DNA of 64,000 bases from Poseidonia sp. (GCA_030827365.1 JAUREO010000003.1:972-64971), one strand, 5' to 3'. Positions 53,082 through 63,163 are shown, counted from the first letter of the stretch. Numbers and translations: made by a program. The notes: generated from the letters alone by a model not told the origin.

Positions 53082-56000
53082 ATGCCTCATCCAAAACCCG
53101 TCGGAGAACTCAATCCGGTGGACCTCGAAAACAGCCTTCTCAAACGCTGGGGAGAGGAGAAAACCTTCGAGCAATCCATCGAGGTTCGAAGGCAAGGGGC
53201 ACCGTTCATTTTTCTTGAAGGCCCTCCAACAGCCAACGGCAAACCCGGAATTCATCACGTTGTGGCAAGAACCTACAAAGATCTCGTCTGTCGCTGGAAA
53301 GCAATGGAAGGATTCCTCGTCGAGCGAAAAGGAGGTTGGGACACACATGGACTTCCAGTTGAAATTGAAGTGCAAAAAAGACTGAATTTGATGAGCAACC
53401 AAGCCATTGAAGAATTTGGAATGCAAGAATTCAATGATGCGTGTAGAGAGTCGGTTTGGACCTACGAATCTGCTTGGCGTGAGATGACAGAACGAATGGC
53501 GTACTGGGTCGATTTGGACAACCCATATGTGACGTTGCACAACGATTATGTCGAATCATGCTGGTGGGCCATGAAGCAAATGTTCGAGAAAGGATTGTTG
53601 TATCGTGGCTACAAAGTCTTGCCATATTGCCCCCAAACTGGAACATCATACTCAAGCCACGAAGTCGCACTCGGTTACAAAGAAGTGGAAGAGCCATCGG
53701 TGTATGTAAAATTCAAACTCATCGACGAAGACGCGTATATTTTGGCATGGACAACAACACCATGGACGCTTCCAGGAAATGTTGGCTTGGCTGTTGGCCC
53801 TGATGTGACATATGTTCGTGTCCGAATTTCAGCACAACCAGAGCATTGGGATGGCAGTGGAGGAGCAAACGATGGCGAAGAGTTGATTCTCGCAAAGGAC
53901 CTCATGAAAGAAGTGCTTCGCCACCACGTTGAGATCATCGAAGAATTCACTGGTTCTTCACTCGTCGGAAAATCTTACGAACCTCTATTTCCCAATGCTG
54001 TACCGAAAGGAGATTCGACCACAGCGTGGACCGTGCTCTCTGCTGATTGGGTCACGACCACCGACGGTACTGGTGTTGTTCACACCGCTGTCATGTATGG
54101 TGAGGACGATTACAATCTGGGCATGGAAGTTGGTTTACCTGCCTTCCATACGGTGGGTATGGACGGGGCTTTTGTTGCAGGAGTTCATCCAGAACTTGAT
54201 GGTCGATATGTCAAAGAATGCGATGGGACCATCATCGACTTACTTTCAGCACCTGGTGGTAGCAACGAAAAAGGCCCAGTCAGTGGACTTTTGTACCGGG
54301 AAAAATCTTACGCCCACGATTATCCTCATTGCTGGAGAACCGACCACCCGCTCTTGTATTACGCCATGGATTCTTGGTTCGTCAAAATGACAGCGGTCAA
54401 AGAACGCCTTCTCGAATTCAACAGTCAAGTTGAGTGGGCACCCGATTGGGTTGGCGAAGGTAGATTTGGAGAATGGCTGCGAAACATCAAGGACTGGGCC
54501 ATTTCAAGAGAACGTTACTGGGGAACACCATTGCCGGTTTGGCGCTCCGAAGATGGTGAAATGAAGTGTGTAGGCTCGATAAAGGAACTTCAAGAGGAAG
54601 TGAAAACTGCCATATCTGCTGGATTTGATAATCCTGCATGCCCTGATGATGTTGATCTGCACCGACCTGTTGTTGACGGATTCACCTTGGTTTCTTCCAA
54701 CGGTCTACCGATGAAGCGAGAACCATTTGTGATGGACTGCTGGTTCGATTCTGGTTGTGCTTCCTTTGCACAGTGGCATCATCCATTCGATGGTGGGGAA
54801 CAATTTGCCAAGACGTTTCCAGTGGATTACATCTGTGAAGGCGTTGACCAAACAAGAGGTTGGTTCTACACTTTGCTTGCCGTTTCGACCACTGTATTCG
54901 ATTCAATCTGCTACAAACGTTGCCTTTCCTTAGGCCTCATTCTTGATGCAGAGGGCAAAAAAATGTCGAAATCTCGAGGCAATATTGTGGACCCATGGGA
55001 CCATTTCAATCGAGAGGGTGCAGACTCAACCCGTTGGTACATGGTCACTGCAGGGGCACCATGGAATCCACTCAAATTCGACCCCAATGGTGTTCGAGAA
55101 ACCTACGGGAAAATGTTCTCGACCCTTTGGAATGTTTACAAATTCCACGCAGATTACGCTGCTATGGATGGGTTCGACCCACAGGCACAGGATGTACCCA
55201 TTGAAAGCCGACCACTTCTCGACCAGTGGATTTTATCTCGACTAAGTACGGTTTCGACCTCTTACCACCAGTCTTTTGTCGATTGGGAATTCCATAAGGC
55301 ATGTCGAGAACTTGAAGACTTCGTCGTCAATGATGTTTCAAATTGGTATGTTCGACGAAGCCGTCGTCGTTTGTGGGAAGAAGGACATAGTGAGGACAAA
55401 CTCTCATGTCAACAAACCTTGCACGAAGTGCTCGTGACTGTGTGCCGACTTGTAGCACCTGTTGCACCGTTCATGGTGGATGAGATCCATCGCAATCTCG
55501 AAGGTACTTCTGTCCATACAGCACCGTGGCCTGCAGGTACGCCAGGGCTTACCGAAGGAGCAACCGCTGATTTATGGGATGCTGATTTAGTAGCACTCAC
55601 AGCCACATTGCCAAAACACAACAAAGAACTTGAGCAGAAAATGGACCTTGTTCGCGAACTTGCGGAATCGGGTCGTCGAATTCGTGTCAATCATAACCGA
55701 AGACAGAGATTACCATGTGCTCAAGGGTGGATTGTTTCAGGTCCAGACCTCTCCGATTTCCACGAGATCTTAGAAGAAGAACTCAATGTCGAATCCATTG
55801 AAGTTGAAACAAATCTCGACCGATTCCAAAAGGTTGAGTTGCAACCTAATTTCAGAAATCTCGCTCCTAAGGCTCGTGCTGAAGTGAATGCGGTTGCGAC
55901 TGCGATTCGTGAAATCGAGGATGTCGAAGCTTTTCTTGAGCAAGTTCGAAACAAAACAGCCTCAATTCTCGGTGTTGCAATTGAGGAAGATGACATTGAA

Positions 56001-56363
56001 ACTCGTCGAGCAGAACGATTTGGATTTGCTGCTGAAACGCTTCGGCTCGAAGACGAAAACAATCATTCGATTAGCCTCGTCCTCGACATGAACGATACAC
56101 CTGACCTTCTTTCGAAGGGATTGGCCCGAGACATTACGCGAAGAATCCAAGCAAAGCGCAAGGAAATGGATTTACCAATGGAAGCAACAATTTCTCTCAA
56201 TATTTGGATGCTTGACGCCCCCGAACTGTTTGACCACGATGCTCATTACATTAACACAGAAACAAGGGCTTCGTCCGCATCGTATCATCCAAATTCGAAA
56301 CCGGAACTAGAAACCGATTCGTTCGAAGTCGATGGAGCAACCGTTTGGTTTCGCGTTGAATAG
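53082..56363 (+). CDS. ileS: Isoleucine--tRNA ligase
   Basis: HIGH-type PPTANGKPGIHHVVART, KMSKS (KKMSKSRGN), 1093 aa. The start was set to ATG 53082 (MPHPKPVGELNPVDLE). Confidence 0.95.
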   Translation: MPHPKPVGELNPVDLENSLLKRWGEEKTFEQSIEVRRQGAPFIFLEGPPTANGKPGIHHVVARTYKDLVCRWKAMEGFLVERKGGWDTHGLPVEIEVQKRLNLMSNQAIEEFGMQEFNDACRESVWTYESAWREMTERMAYWVDLDNPYVTLHNDYVESCWWAMKQMFEKGLLYRGYKVLPYCPQTGTSYSSHEVALGYKEVEEPSVYVKFKLIDEDAYILAWTTTPWTLPGNVGLAVGPDVTYVRVRISAQPEHWDGSGGANDGEELILAKDLMKEVLRHHVEIIEEFTGSSLVGKSYEPLFPNAVPKGDSTTAWTVLSADWVTTTDGTGVVHTAVMYGEDDYNLGMEVGLPAFHTVGMDGAFVAGVHPELDGRYVKECDGTIIDLLSAPGGSNEKGPVSGLLYREKSYAHDYPHCWRTDHPLLYYAMDSWFVKMTAVKERLLEFNSQVEWAPDWVGEGRFGEWLRNIKDWAISRERYWGTPLPVWRSEDGEMKCVGSIKELQEEVKTAISAGFDNPACPDDVDLHRPVVDGFTLVSSNGLPMKREPFVMDCWFDSGCASFAQWHHPFDGGEQFAKTFPVDYICEGVDQTRGWFYTLLAVSTTVFDSICYKRCLSLGLILDAEGKKMSKSRGNIVDPWDHFNREGADSTRWYMVTAGAPWNPLKFDPNGVRETYGKMFSTLWNVYKFHADYAAMDGFDPQAQDVPIESRPLLDQWILSRLSTVSTSYHQSFVDWEFHKACRELEDFVVNDVSNWYVRRSRRRLWEEGHSEDKLSCQQTLHEVLVTVCRLVAPVAPFMVDEIHRNLEGTSVHTAPWPAGTPGLTEGATADLWDADLVALTATLPKHNKELEQKMDLVRELAESGRRIRVNHNRRQRLPCAQGWIVSGPDLSDFHEILEEELNVESIEVETNLDRFQKVELQPNFRNLAPKARAEVNAVATAIREIEDVEAFLEQVRNKTASILGVAIEEDDIETRRAERFGFAAETLRLEDENNHSISLVLDMNDTPDLLSKGLARDITRRIQAKRKEMDLPMEATISLNIWMLDAPELFDHDAHYINTETRASSASYHPNSKPELETDSFEVDGATVWFRVE

Positions 56364-56371
56364 GTGAGGAA

Positions 56372-57142
56372 TTGAGAATAGTTTCTCTTGTTCCAAGTCT
56401 CACAAAATCACTTTTTGATTTGGGCTGTACAAGCGATGAAGTTGTAGGCAGAACTCCTTGGTGTATTCACCCTGCTGAACATGTCTCAAACGTTGTTGTG
56501 GTTGGGGGCACAAAAACACCGAACTTAGGGAAAATAGAGCGGAGCAAGCCCACATTAATCGTGCTCGATCGTGATGAGAATCCTCTTGAAGTATATCAGT
56601 GGGCTCAATCAAAAAACATCGAGACATTTGTCTGCCATCTTAAGCACCCAAGGGATGTGCCTTCGATGTTGAAGGAATTGGGTTCCCATATTGGAAAAAA
56701 TGAACAAGCCGACTACTATTCAAACGGCATTCAAAAAGCTCTGGAATCCATTCCAGCAATACAAATCCGACCAGTCGTATTACCACTCATTTGGCATGAA
56801 CCATTGATGGCAGTCAGTCCAGAAAAATATGCAGGGGGCATCATCGAAGCCATCGGATTCAAAGTACCACGCCTCGAAGAAGGTGGAACAGGATACCCTA
56901 TCGTGAGCGCACGACAGATTGTCGAGAATCAGATTGAAGGACTATTACTTTCAAGCGAGCCACATGAATTCGCACTCGCCGAAGGTGAAGCGATTTGTGA
57001 TGAAGTTGAGAGCATCTCGGGTTTTCGGCCATGGTGTGAATGCGTCAATGGAGAGGATTTGACATGGATGGGAACGACAACGATGCGTGCTATTTCGTGT
57101 CTATATGAAGCACTCAAGCACCGCCTACCAACACAACAATGA
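56372..57142 (+). CDS. BtuF/TroA-like periplasmic-binding-fold protein without signal peptide
   Basis: MRIVSLVPSLTKSLFDLGC...VVGRTPWCIHP...KPTLIVLD matches the class III binding-protein N-lobe pattern. There is no hydrophobic leader. Confidence 0.6.
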   Translation: MRIVSLVPSLTKSLFDLGCTSDEVVGRTPWCIHPAEHVSNVVVVGGTKTPNLGKIERSKPTLIVLDRDENPLEVYQWAQSKNIETFVCHLKHPRDVPSMLKELGSHIGKNEQADYYSNGIQKALESIPAIQIRPVVLPLIWHEPLMAVSPEKYAGGIIEAIGFKVPRLEEGGTGYPIVSARQIVENQIEGLLLSSEPHEFALAEGEAICDEVESISGFRPWCECVNGEDLTWMGTTTMRAISCLYEALKHRLPTQQ

Positions 57143-57148
57143 CTTCAA

Positions 57149-58567
57149 ATGAGACTGCACCGAGGCATGAACATGCGACGGGCAATCCTTGCTGTGTTCA
57201 TGGTCACCATCATGACACTTGCAGGATGTTTTTCAGCAGAAGAAGATGACGCAAAGGACATTCAACAACCAAATATTTGGGAAAATTATCAGAGGATTGA
57301 TGCCCAAACACACGTTGATGAGCGGATGTTTCAGACCATCGATTTGAGAACAAATCAATCAACCAATACAAGTTGGGCAGTGTTTGACCGCACCTATGGG
57401 GGTAACTGTTGCGAACACTATCTCGCCACGACTATCGAGGGTTCAATACTGAACATTGGCGGTGAATATCCAGTGTACTCTATCGACAGGGGGCACGAGT
57501 GGGATACCTATATTCCGGGTGTCTTACCAGACACTCAATGCTTAACCTTCGTGCCAACAAATCCTGGTCAAGAGGGCTTAGGTGAGGGTAGTATTGTTCA
57601 AGCGACAAATGGAGATATCATCTCAATGTCATGGTTCCCATACATCGGTGCCGATGGAAAATTGGACAAGTTCTACGCTATTTTGTACGACGAATCCGAG
57701 ATGGCGTGGAAATGGTGTTACAACAGATTGACAGAACCATTCTATGACCGCTCTTGGCAAGTTGAGGTTGTTGGCCCAATCGATTCAAGTCTCGGAAACG
57801 GTGAATGGGCAAGCCTTGTGGTCTCAAATTTCTGGCACCAAACTCAAAACGCGGGTGGTCAAATCAGCGTGGATGGCCTAAACTACTACCCGATTCAATT
57901 TCCAGGAAGAGGTGGCGGTGAACCAATTGAAGAGCTTAACCTCACCTTCACAGACCTCCCAGCATACTGGGATGTGAATAAGCCACACAAAGAGATGCGA
58001 GCGTTTCCAATTCCGAGCGGAGGTCTACTTTTCCCCGCTTATTTTAACAACGGAAATGCGGCTTTCCTTGATACATCCCTGTCGTGGAACGAAGTGGAAA
58101 TTCAATTCCCGAGTGAATATTGCCACATCGACCGTTCAGGTACAATCCATTGTGTTTCTTTGCAGTCCAATGTCTTCACACACTACGCCTCAACCGATGG
58201 TGCACTTTCATGGAAAAATCAAACCTATGACCTCTCGGGAACAGCAACGTCGATTGAAGAATGGGAATTCCAAGGCAATGGTGAACTCGATCTGTTCATC
58301 CTCAACATTCGGTATCAGTCCAGGGAAGGGCCTGACGCCGACATCGTGTATCATGTTCGAGGATATTCCGAGGATATGTCTCCGGATACTTTGACCTACA
58401 TTGGCCTTGGCGACCTTGATTCAACCTCTGGGGCAGGAAACGACATAAGATTCGACTTTGCATCATTGGGTGTGCTACGAGATGGCGGTGTCGTTGTTGC
58501 TTTCCACGATTCAAGTCACGCTGACCCACTTTTTGCTGTTGAACTTGACCTCCCTTTAAGCAAATGA
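57149..58567 (+). CDS. Secreted lipobox protein with BNR/Asp-box motif (propeller-like)
   Basis: RRAILAVFMVTIMTLAGCFSAEEDD (LAGC lipobox). ASTDGALSW matches the SxDxGxTW Asp-box. The start could be 57149, 57167 or 57173. Confidence 0.55.
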   Translation: MRLHRGMNMRRAILAVFMVTIMTLAGCFSAEEDDAKDIQQPNIWENYQRIDAQTHVDERMFQTIDLRTNQSTNTSWAVFDRTYGGNCCEHYLATTIEGSILNIGGEYPVYSIDRGHEWDTYIPGVLPDTQCLTFVPTNPGQEGLGEGSIVQATNGDIISMSWFPYIGADGKLDKFYAILYDESEMAWKWCYNRLTEPFYDRSWQVEVVGPIDSSLGNGEWASLVVSNFWHQTQNAGGQISVDGLNYYPIQFPGRGGGEPIEELNLTFTDLPAYWDVNKPHKEMRAFPIPSGGLLFPAYFNNGNAAFLDTSLSWNEVEIQFPSEYCHIDRSGTIHCVSLQSNVFTHYASTDGALSWKNQTYDLSGTATSIEEWEFQGNGELDLFILNIRYQSREGPDADIVYHVRGYSEDMSPDTLTYIGLGDLDSTSGAGNDIRFDFASLGVLRDGGVVVAFHDSSHADPLFAVELDLPLSK

Positions 58568-58570
58568 AGT

Positions 58571-60562
58571 TCAATCAAATGAGTTCAAAATTCTGCCAAA
58601 CAAGGCTTCGATTGCTCCAGAGTTCCTCTGATGCAATCGACGAAGAATCAGTTCTGGTGTTGATTGGGCAAGATAATTCCTCCTCGGATTTCGATCGACA
58701 ACGAGTTCAAGATGCTCATCAAGTCCACGTGCCTCGATACCGTCAACTCTGAGGTCATTACGACCTGTTGCTTGTAGAATTGCTGGTGCTAAATGCGTCA
58801 CGAGAACAGTGGTTGTGTTTTCTTGTTGTTCGGCTGCAAGAAGCATACCTGCGATGATTTTTGCCCCTGCCCCTGGTTCGGTGATTGCTTCGAGTTCGTC
58901 AGCGAAAATGAATTTCGGTGCTTCATCCGAAACTACCCTTGCAAGTTGTTCAAGAGTTTGTTCAAGAGCCCCCGCACTTTGTGTTCCACCTGCCTTTGCA
59001 AGCACATGAAGTGATTCAACACGAGCAACGATTGCACTTTTTGCTGGCACAGGGAGGCCCATGTGGGCGAGGATGACCACAAAGGAGAGGGTTTCAAGCA
59101 AAGTGGTTTTTCCGCCAGAATTAGCTCCGGTGAGAAGTGCTAAATTTTGTTGGTCACCCTTTGGAGCACATGTGCCCAGTGCGTAAGTGACTGGTTCAGG
59201 TGTGCCATCGATAAAAGGGTGAAAGGCATCTTCGACAACGAGTCCATGCTCACAAAACCTTGGTATTGAACACCCGTTTGCCGTCGACCATCGACCAATC
59301 GACATCCATATATCGAGCTCAATACTATCTTGCATCCATTTCTTTGCCCTTTGCATAAAAGGCTGTAGAGCCACTGCAAGAGATACTATTTTTTGAGTTG
59401 CATTTGATTCAATCATTTCGGTTAATGTCGAATGAATTTCGTCAAGTTCAGATTTGTTGAGAACCGCTGGCCAGCCTTCTGAAAACAATTGCAAAGAACA
59501 TTGGATTCCTGCTGGTTCAAGAAATGAACTGAATTTTTGATGGGCATGTTCTACAGCATCTTCGATAATATCTGACGTTGCAGATTGAAGTTTTCTTTTC
59601 AATGAAGAATTATTACTCAACGCTTCAAGAAGTTCTTCACCTTGAAGTGCTACACTTTGATGTTGAATAGCCAAAGTTACTTCATCGTGCATTTCTTGCT
59701 CGATTGATTTTGCTTTTTTCCATAAATGGTCTCGAATACTTTCCAACACATCTTCTTGACCTAAGGAAGAAAGCATGGTCAAGAATTTTTCAAGTCCCTC
59801 GGATTCTTGTTTACGCTGGATAATTGTTTCAAAATGTGGATTAGGTGTGGTTATTGATGAACAATGTTCGATCAATTTTAGCAATGTTTTGATGACTTCG
59901 GCATTGGCTTGAAACCAATCAATGATGTATTCTGGTAAAATTCTGAAATCATCAACGTCTTCAGGAAGGACAATCCAGCCTTCTGGTGTATCCATTGGTG
60001 CACCTTGACCCAACCATGTCACTTTTGCAAACACGGTATAATCCTTCCAAGATTCTTCTTCAGAAGGCGTATAGATTCTGCATTTTCCTTCAAATGAAGG
60101 CAGTGGTTTTCTTGATACAACGACTCGGTCGTACCGTTTATTTGGCTCTTTGAATGAACGTAAATTTTCCATGATTTCTTTGATTTCAATCAAGGTTTGG
60201 AAATCAATTTTCATTGCTGCACTTGAATGAGCAATTCTTTCTGACTGGTCTGTAAGAGGCATAAAGAGTTGAATTCGCTTCTTTGCAGCATTCGTAGCAC
60301 AATAGCTTTGAATATCCTTCATCAAAAGCTCATACAATCGACTTGCCTCTTTCGTGGCAAGAAATGAATCTGCTCCTCCAATAAATTGCCTTGCAAGTGA
60401 TAAGGCACGCTGGGACGAAATGCCTTGAACTTGTGCAATTTTGTCGACATCGCCATTTCGCAAAGAATCAAACACTCGTTCTTGATCTCCAAAATGTGCA
60501 GTCAATTTAACCATCAATTTATCGCTTATCGCGTTCGATTGTTTTGAAAGCATACCACTCAA
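58571..60562 (-). CDS. MutS-family ATPase, MutS2-like, lacking recognisable mismatch-binding and Smr domains
   Basis: Walker A LLTGANSGGKTTLLETL, Walker B FIFADELEAITEPGAG, N-terminal HhH-like GISSQRALSLA. Confidence 0.7.
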   Translation of the reverse strand: MSGMLSKQSNAISDKLMVKLTAHFGDQERVFDSLRNGDVDKIAQVQGISSQRALSLARQFIGGADSFLATKEASRLYELLMKDIQSYCATNAAKKRIQLFMPLTDQSERIAHSSAAMKIDFQTLIEIKEIMENLRSFKEPNKRYDRVVVSRKPLPSFEGKCRIYTPSEEESWKDYTVFAKVTWLGQGAPMDTPEGWIVLPEDVDDFRILPEYIIDWFQANAEVIKTLLKLIEHCSSITTPNPHFETIIQRKQESEGLEKFLTMLSSLGQEDVLESIRDHLWKKAKSIEQEMHDEVTLAIQHQSVALQGEELLEALSNNSSLKRKLQSATSDIIEDAVEHAHQKFSSFLEPAGIQCSLQLFSEGWPAVLNKSELDEIHSTLTEMIESNATQKIVSLAVALQPFMQRAKKWMQDSIELDIWMSIGRWSTANGCSIPRFCEHGLVVEDAFHPFIDGTPEPVTYALGTCAPKGDQQNLALLTGANSGGKTTLLETLSFVVILAHMGLPVPAKSAIVARVESLHVLAKAGGTQSAGALEQTLEQLARVVSDEAPKFIFADELEAITEPGAGAKIIAGMLLAAEQQENTTTVLVTHLAPAILQATGRNDLRVDGIEARGLDEHLELVVDRNPRRNYLAQSTPELILRRLHQRNSGAIEALFGRILNSFD

Positions 60563-60625
60563 TGGTTGCCAATGGCTTAAGAGAATAGCGCTGTAAGTCT
60601 CGTCAACAAATGAAATCTTGAACCA

Positions 60626-61489
60626 TCAATGGTCGTGTGAAATCATACCACTCGCATCCACTGCGATAAGAACAATGGTCAGGAGTAAGGCTCCTGTTAC
60701 CACATATAGCATCGCTTTCCTTCCGGTTTCCCCATTGTGAATATCGGGGAGTGTGTCGACCGTTGCAACGTAAAGGAATGTCCCTGCTGAAAAGAGCATG
60801 GCAAGTCCAATCATGTGGTTTTCAAGATTTGATAACAAGTAATAGGCGATGAACATCATGATTGGCGTTGCTGAAGAGAAGATAACGACATCACGAATCG
60901 ATTCTTTCTTTGTTTTTCGTTCGTGCAATGAAAAAATACCAAGACTCAATGCTGCGGGTCCTTTGTGAATCAGTACGGCAAGAAGGATGGTCAAGGAGAC
61001 CGCAACTGAACCTGTTGCTGCTGCTGCACCGATAGCAATACCATCGACAGCGGCATGGAGCGTTAAACCAAAAACGAGCATCCATCCAATTGAATTGTGG
61101 TGGACATGGTCATGACCATGGTCCTCGTTATGATGGTGGTGCTCCTCGTGGATGGCATGACCAATGCCAGAACCTTCAAGAATGAGCATCATCAAAAATC
61201 CTGCTAAGATGGCACTTCCCAACATGAGAAGATGAGCCTTTTCATGTTCATCTGCTTCATCCGCCATTTCTTCAACGTGTTCTTCATCAGAAGCCAATTC
61301 AAATCCTTCGGGAATTACAACAAGAAATGCAGAGGCAATAATAATTCCAGATGCAAGGCCAGTGAACATTTTCAATCGATTTTGGTCGCTTCCAAAGTTC
61401 GATAAAATGGGGAGCAGTCCGCATACTAGGCCAATGAGAAGGGTAATGAATGCATATGTCAAGAGCGTCATCATGAAAAGAATTGGCAT
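60626..61489 (-). CDS. ZIP-family divalent metal transporter with His-rich cytoplasmic loop
   Basis: Polytopic. Loop HAIHEEHHHHNEDHGHDHVHHNS. TM motif LHAAVDGIAIGAA is typical of ZupT/ZIP. Confidence 0.85.
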   Translation of the reverse strand: MPILFMMTLLTYAFITLLIGLVCGLLPILSNFGSDQNRLKMFTGLASGIIIASAFLVVIPEGFELASDEEHVEEMADEADEHEKAHLLMLGSAILAGFLMMLILEGSGIGHAIHEEHHHHNEDHGHDHVHHNSIGWMLVFGLTLHAAVDGIAIGAAAATGSVAVSLTILLAVLIHKGPAALSLGIFSLHERKTKKESIRDVVIFSSATPIMMFIAYYLLSNLENHMIGLAMLFSAGTFLYVATVDTLPDIHNGETGRKAMLYVVTGALLLTIVLIAVDASGMISHDH

Positions 61490-61520
61490 AATAATACATA
61501 TTTAAAAAATGTTATTAATT
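61490..61520. promoter_or_regulatory. Imperfect palindrome spanning a TATA-like tract between the ZIP gene and the NikR-like gene
   Basis: TAATACAT (61492-61499), ATTTAAAAA, ATGTTATTA (61509-61517). The arms are complementary except for one extra T. Confidence 0.3.
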
Positions 61521-61539
61521 TGAGGCCCAACCCGACTTC

Positions 61540-61965
61540 ATGACAAGGGTTCTTTCGTTTAGTACAGACAATCAGTTCGCTGATGAGCTTGACCGATTGA
61601 TGAATGAAAATGGATACAAGAATCGGAGCATGTTCTTACGTGATGCGAGCGTATTTTTTGCAGAGTCGCTTCAACGAGGTGATTTGCAAACCATGAAGAA
61701 TGAAGAAATTGTTGAAGGAACGCTCATCATTTACTATCAACATGGCATTGAACACAAATTGCTGAATATACGACATTCGCACGCTATCGAAGTTTTTTCT
61801 TATCACCATAATTGCCTCTCCGAGTCACATACCTGTGTTGACACATTGCAAGCCAAAGGCACTGCGCATGCACTCCGTTTGGTACTCGACCAGTTGAAAA
61901 ATACCAGCAACATCGACAGAATTCAATTTGTCACGGCGCCAAAAAGAAGTCAAGGATGTTGTTGA
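61540..61965 (+). CDS. nikR: NikR-like metalloregulator (ribbon-helix-helix plus ACT-like His/Cys-rich domain)
   Basis: N-terminal RHH pattern RVLSFSTDNQFADELDRLMNENGYKNRSMFLRDA. C-terminal YYQHG...RHSHAIEVFSYHHNCLSESHTC supplies His/Cys ligand candidates. Confidence 0.65.
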   Translation: MTRVLSFSTDNQFADELDRLMNENGYKNRSMFLRDASVFFAESLQRGDLQTMKNEEIVEGTLIIYYQHGIEHKLLNIRHSHAIEVFSYHHNCLSESHTCVDTLQAKGTAHALRLVLDQLKNTSNIDRIQFVTAPKRSQGCC

Positions 61966-61984
61966 TTCCCATCTATGTATTTAG

Positions 61985-63163
61985 GTGAAGCATAAAAACT
62001 GTTTCGATTCTTTTACCTCCATGCAAACAGAGCCATCGGGGAAAGGTGGCCTTGTACAAACAGGCTCAAGAATCATTGATTTCGCAATGAATAAAATCAT
62101 CTCTCTTAGTTCAATCTTTGATACAAGATACGCACCTGCCAAAACCCGTCAAGAACGATTAAAGCGAACCAAAATGATAGGCTATGTCGCCGTTCTCCGT
62201 AGCGGTGCAATTGGTGCAATCGCAAGTGCAATTCCAATTCTCATCTTGTATAAATTCATCCTGGTTCAATATCCTCATTTGAATGCAGAAAAGAATGATG
62301 TTGTTGGTTGGAATTATATCTATCTCATTTCCGCCATTATTTTTATTTCTCTTATCGCAACCATCCTCGAATTATTGTTGTTGTATTATGATGCCATTCG
62401 GGCTGCGGGGAAAATGAATCAAGTCACTCGTCGTGATGTCCTTGCCGAATCTGAAGTAGATGAAGCCATTCAATCTGCTCTTCCAATGGGATTAACAAAA
62501 GCAGCATTGGGAATGAACAGAGACAGAAGCCATAGATTCGGGATCAACCCTATGGAAAAATCATCGAAGACTGCGGTGGCTGCAAAGGGGGCAGCGTACA
62601 GGGCTCAAGTTATTCTCATCAATGCGATGATCAAACGAATTCTTCGACGAATCCTCGCAAGGATGTTTGGAAGAACTGTCCCAAGGGCCTTTCTAGAATG
62701 GATACTTCTTCCAATTTATGTGATTTGGAACATGGTTGGGGCAACATCCGTGATGAATGAACTCATTTGTCGAGCCAATGGTAGCGAGGCAACGAAAGGC
62801 GTTCTTGATAAAATTGGAATTGACCATGCCATTTCGCAACCTTTGAGTATTTACATCAAAAATGCTATCCAGCACCATGTTCATGGAGCAAAAGCAATAC
62901 ATCCGAACATTGAATTGATTATTCTTTCCATGAAGTTCGAAGAATGCGATTTTTCACCTCATCCACCTCCTCTCAATTCGTTGAATGAATTAGAGCAACA
63001 GCAACTTTCGAAATTCATTTTGACCTTACCTTATTTGGAAACAAGAAGGACAAAACTTCATCCCGAAATGCAAGCTATAACCGAAGAAGTCTTCTCAAAA
63101 AGTGAACGCAAGCAATGGATTAAAAGTTCGAAGGCATTTATTCACCGAGGAATTGAATTCTAA
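61985..63163 (+). CDS. Hypothetical membrane protein
   Basis: TM helices GAIGAIASAIPILILYKFIL, YIYLISAIIFISLIATILELLLLYY and WILLPIYVIWNMVGA. The start is uncertain (GTG 61985, ATG 62021 or ATG 62087). No family recognised. Confidence 0.5.
   Translation: MKHKNCFDSFTSMQTEPSGKGGLVQTGSRIIDFAMNKIISLSSIFDTRYAPAKTRQERLKRTKMIGYVAVLRSGAIGAIASAIPILILYKFILVQYPHLNAEKNDVVGWNYIYLISAIIFISLIATILELLLLYYDAIRAAGKMNQVTRRDVLAESEVDEAIQSALPMGLTKAALGMNRDRSHRFGINPMEKSSKTAVAAKGAAYRAQVILINAMIKRILRRILARMFGRTVPRAFLEWILLPIYVIWNMVGATSVMNELICRANGSEATKGVLDKIGIDHAISQPLSIYIKNAIQHHVHGAKAIHPNIELIILSMKFEECDFSPHPPPLNSLNELEQQQLSKFILTLPYLETRRTKLHPEMQAITEEVFSKSERKQWIKSSKAFIHRGIEF

Noticed and set aside
52974-53540. 188-aa reverse ORF overlapping the 5' part of ileS. 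Also the track's 5' extensions of ileS (52989) and of the giant gene (53080).
   Set aside because: ileS motifs fix the + frame. The extended starts would make the divergent genes overlap. ATG 53082 and ATG 52972 give normal N-termini (MPHPKP... and a signal peptide) and leave a 109-nt promoter gap.
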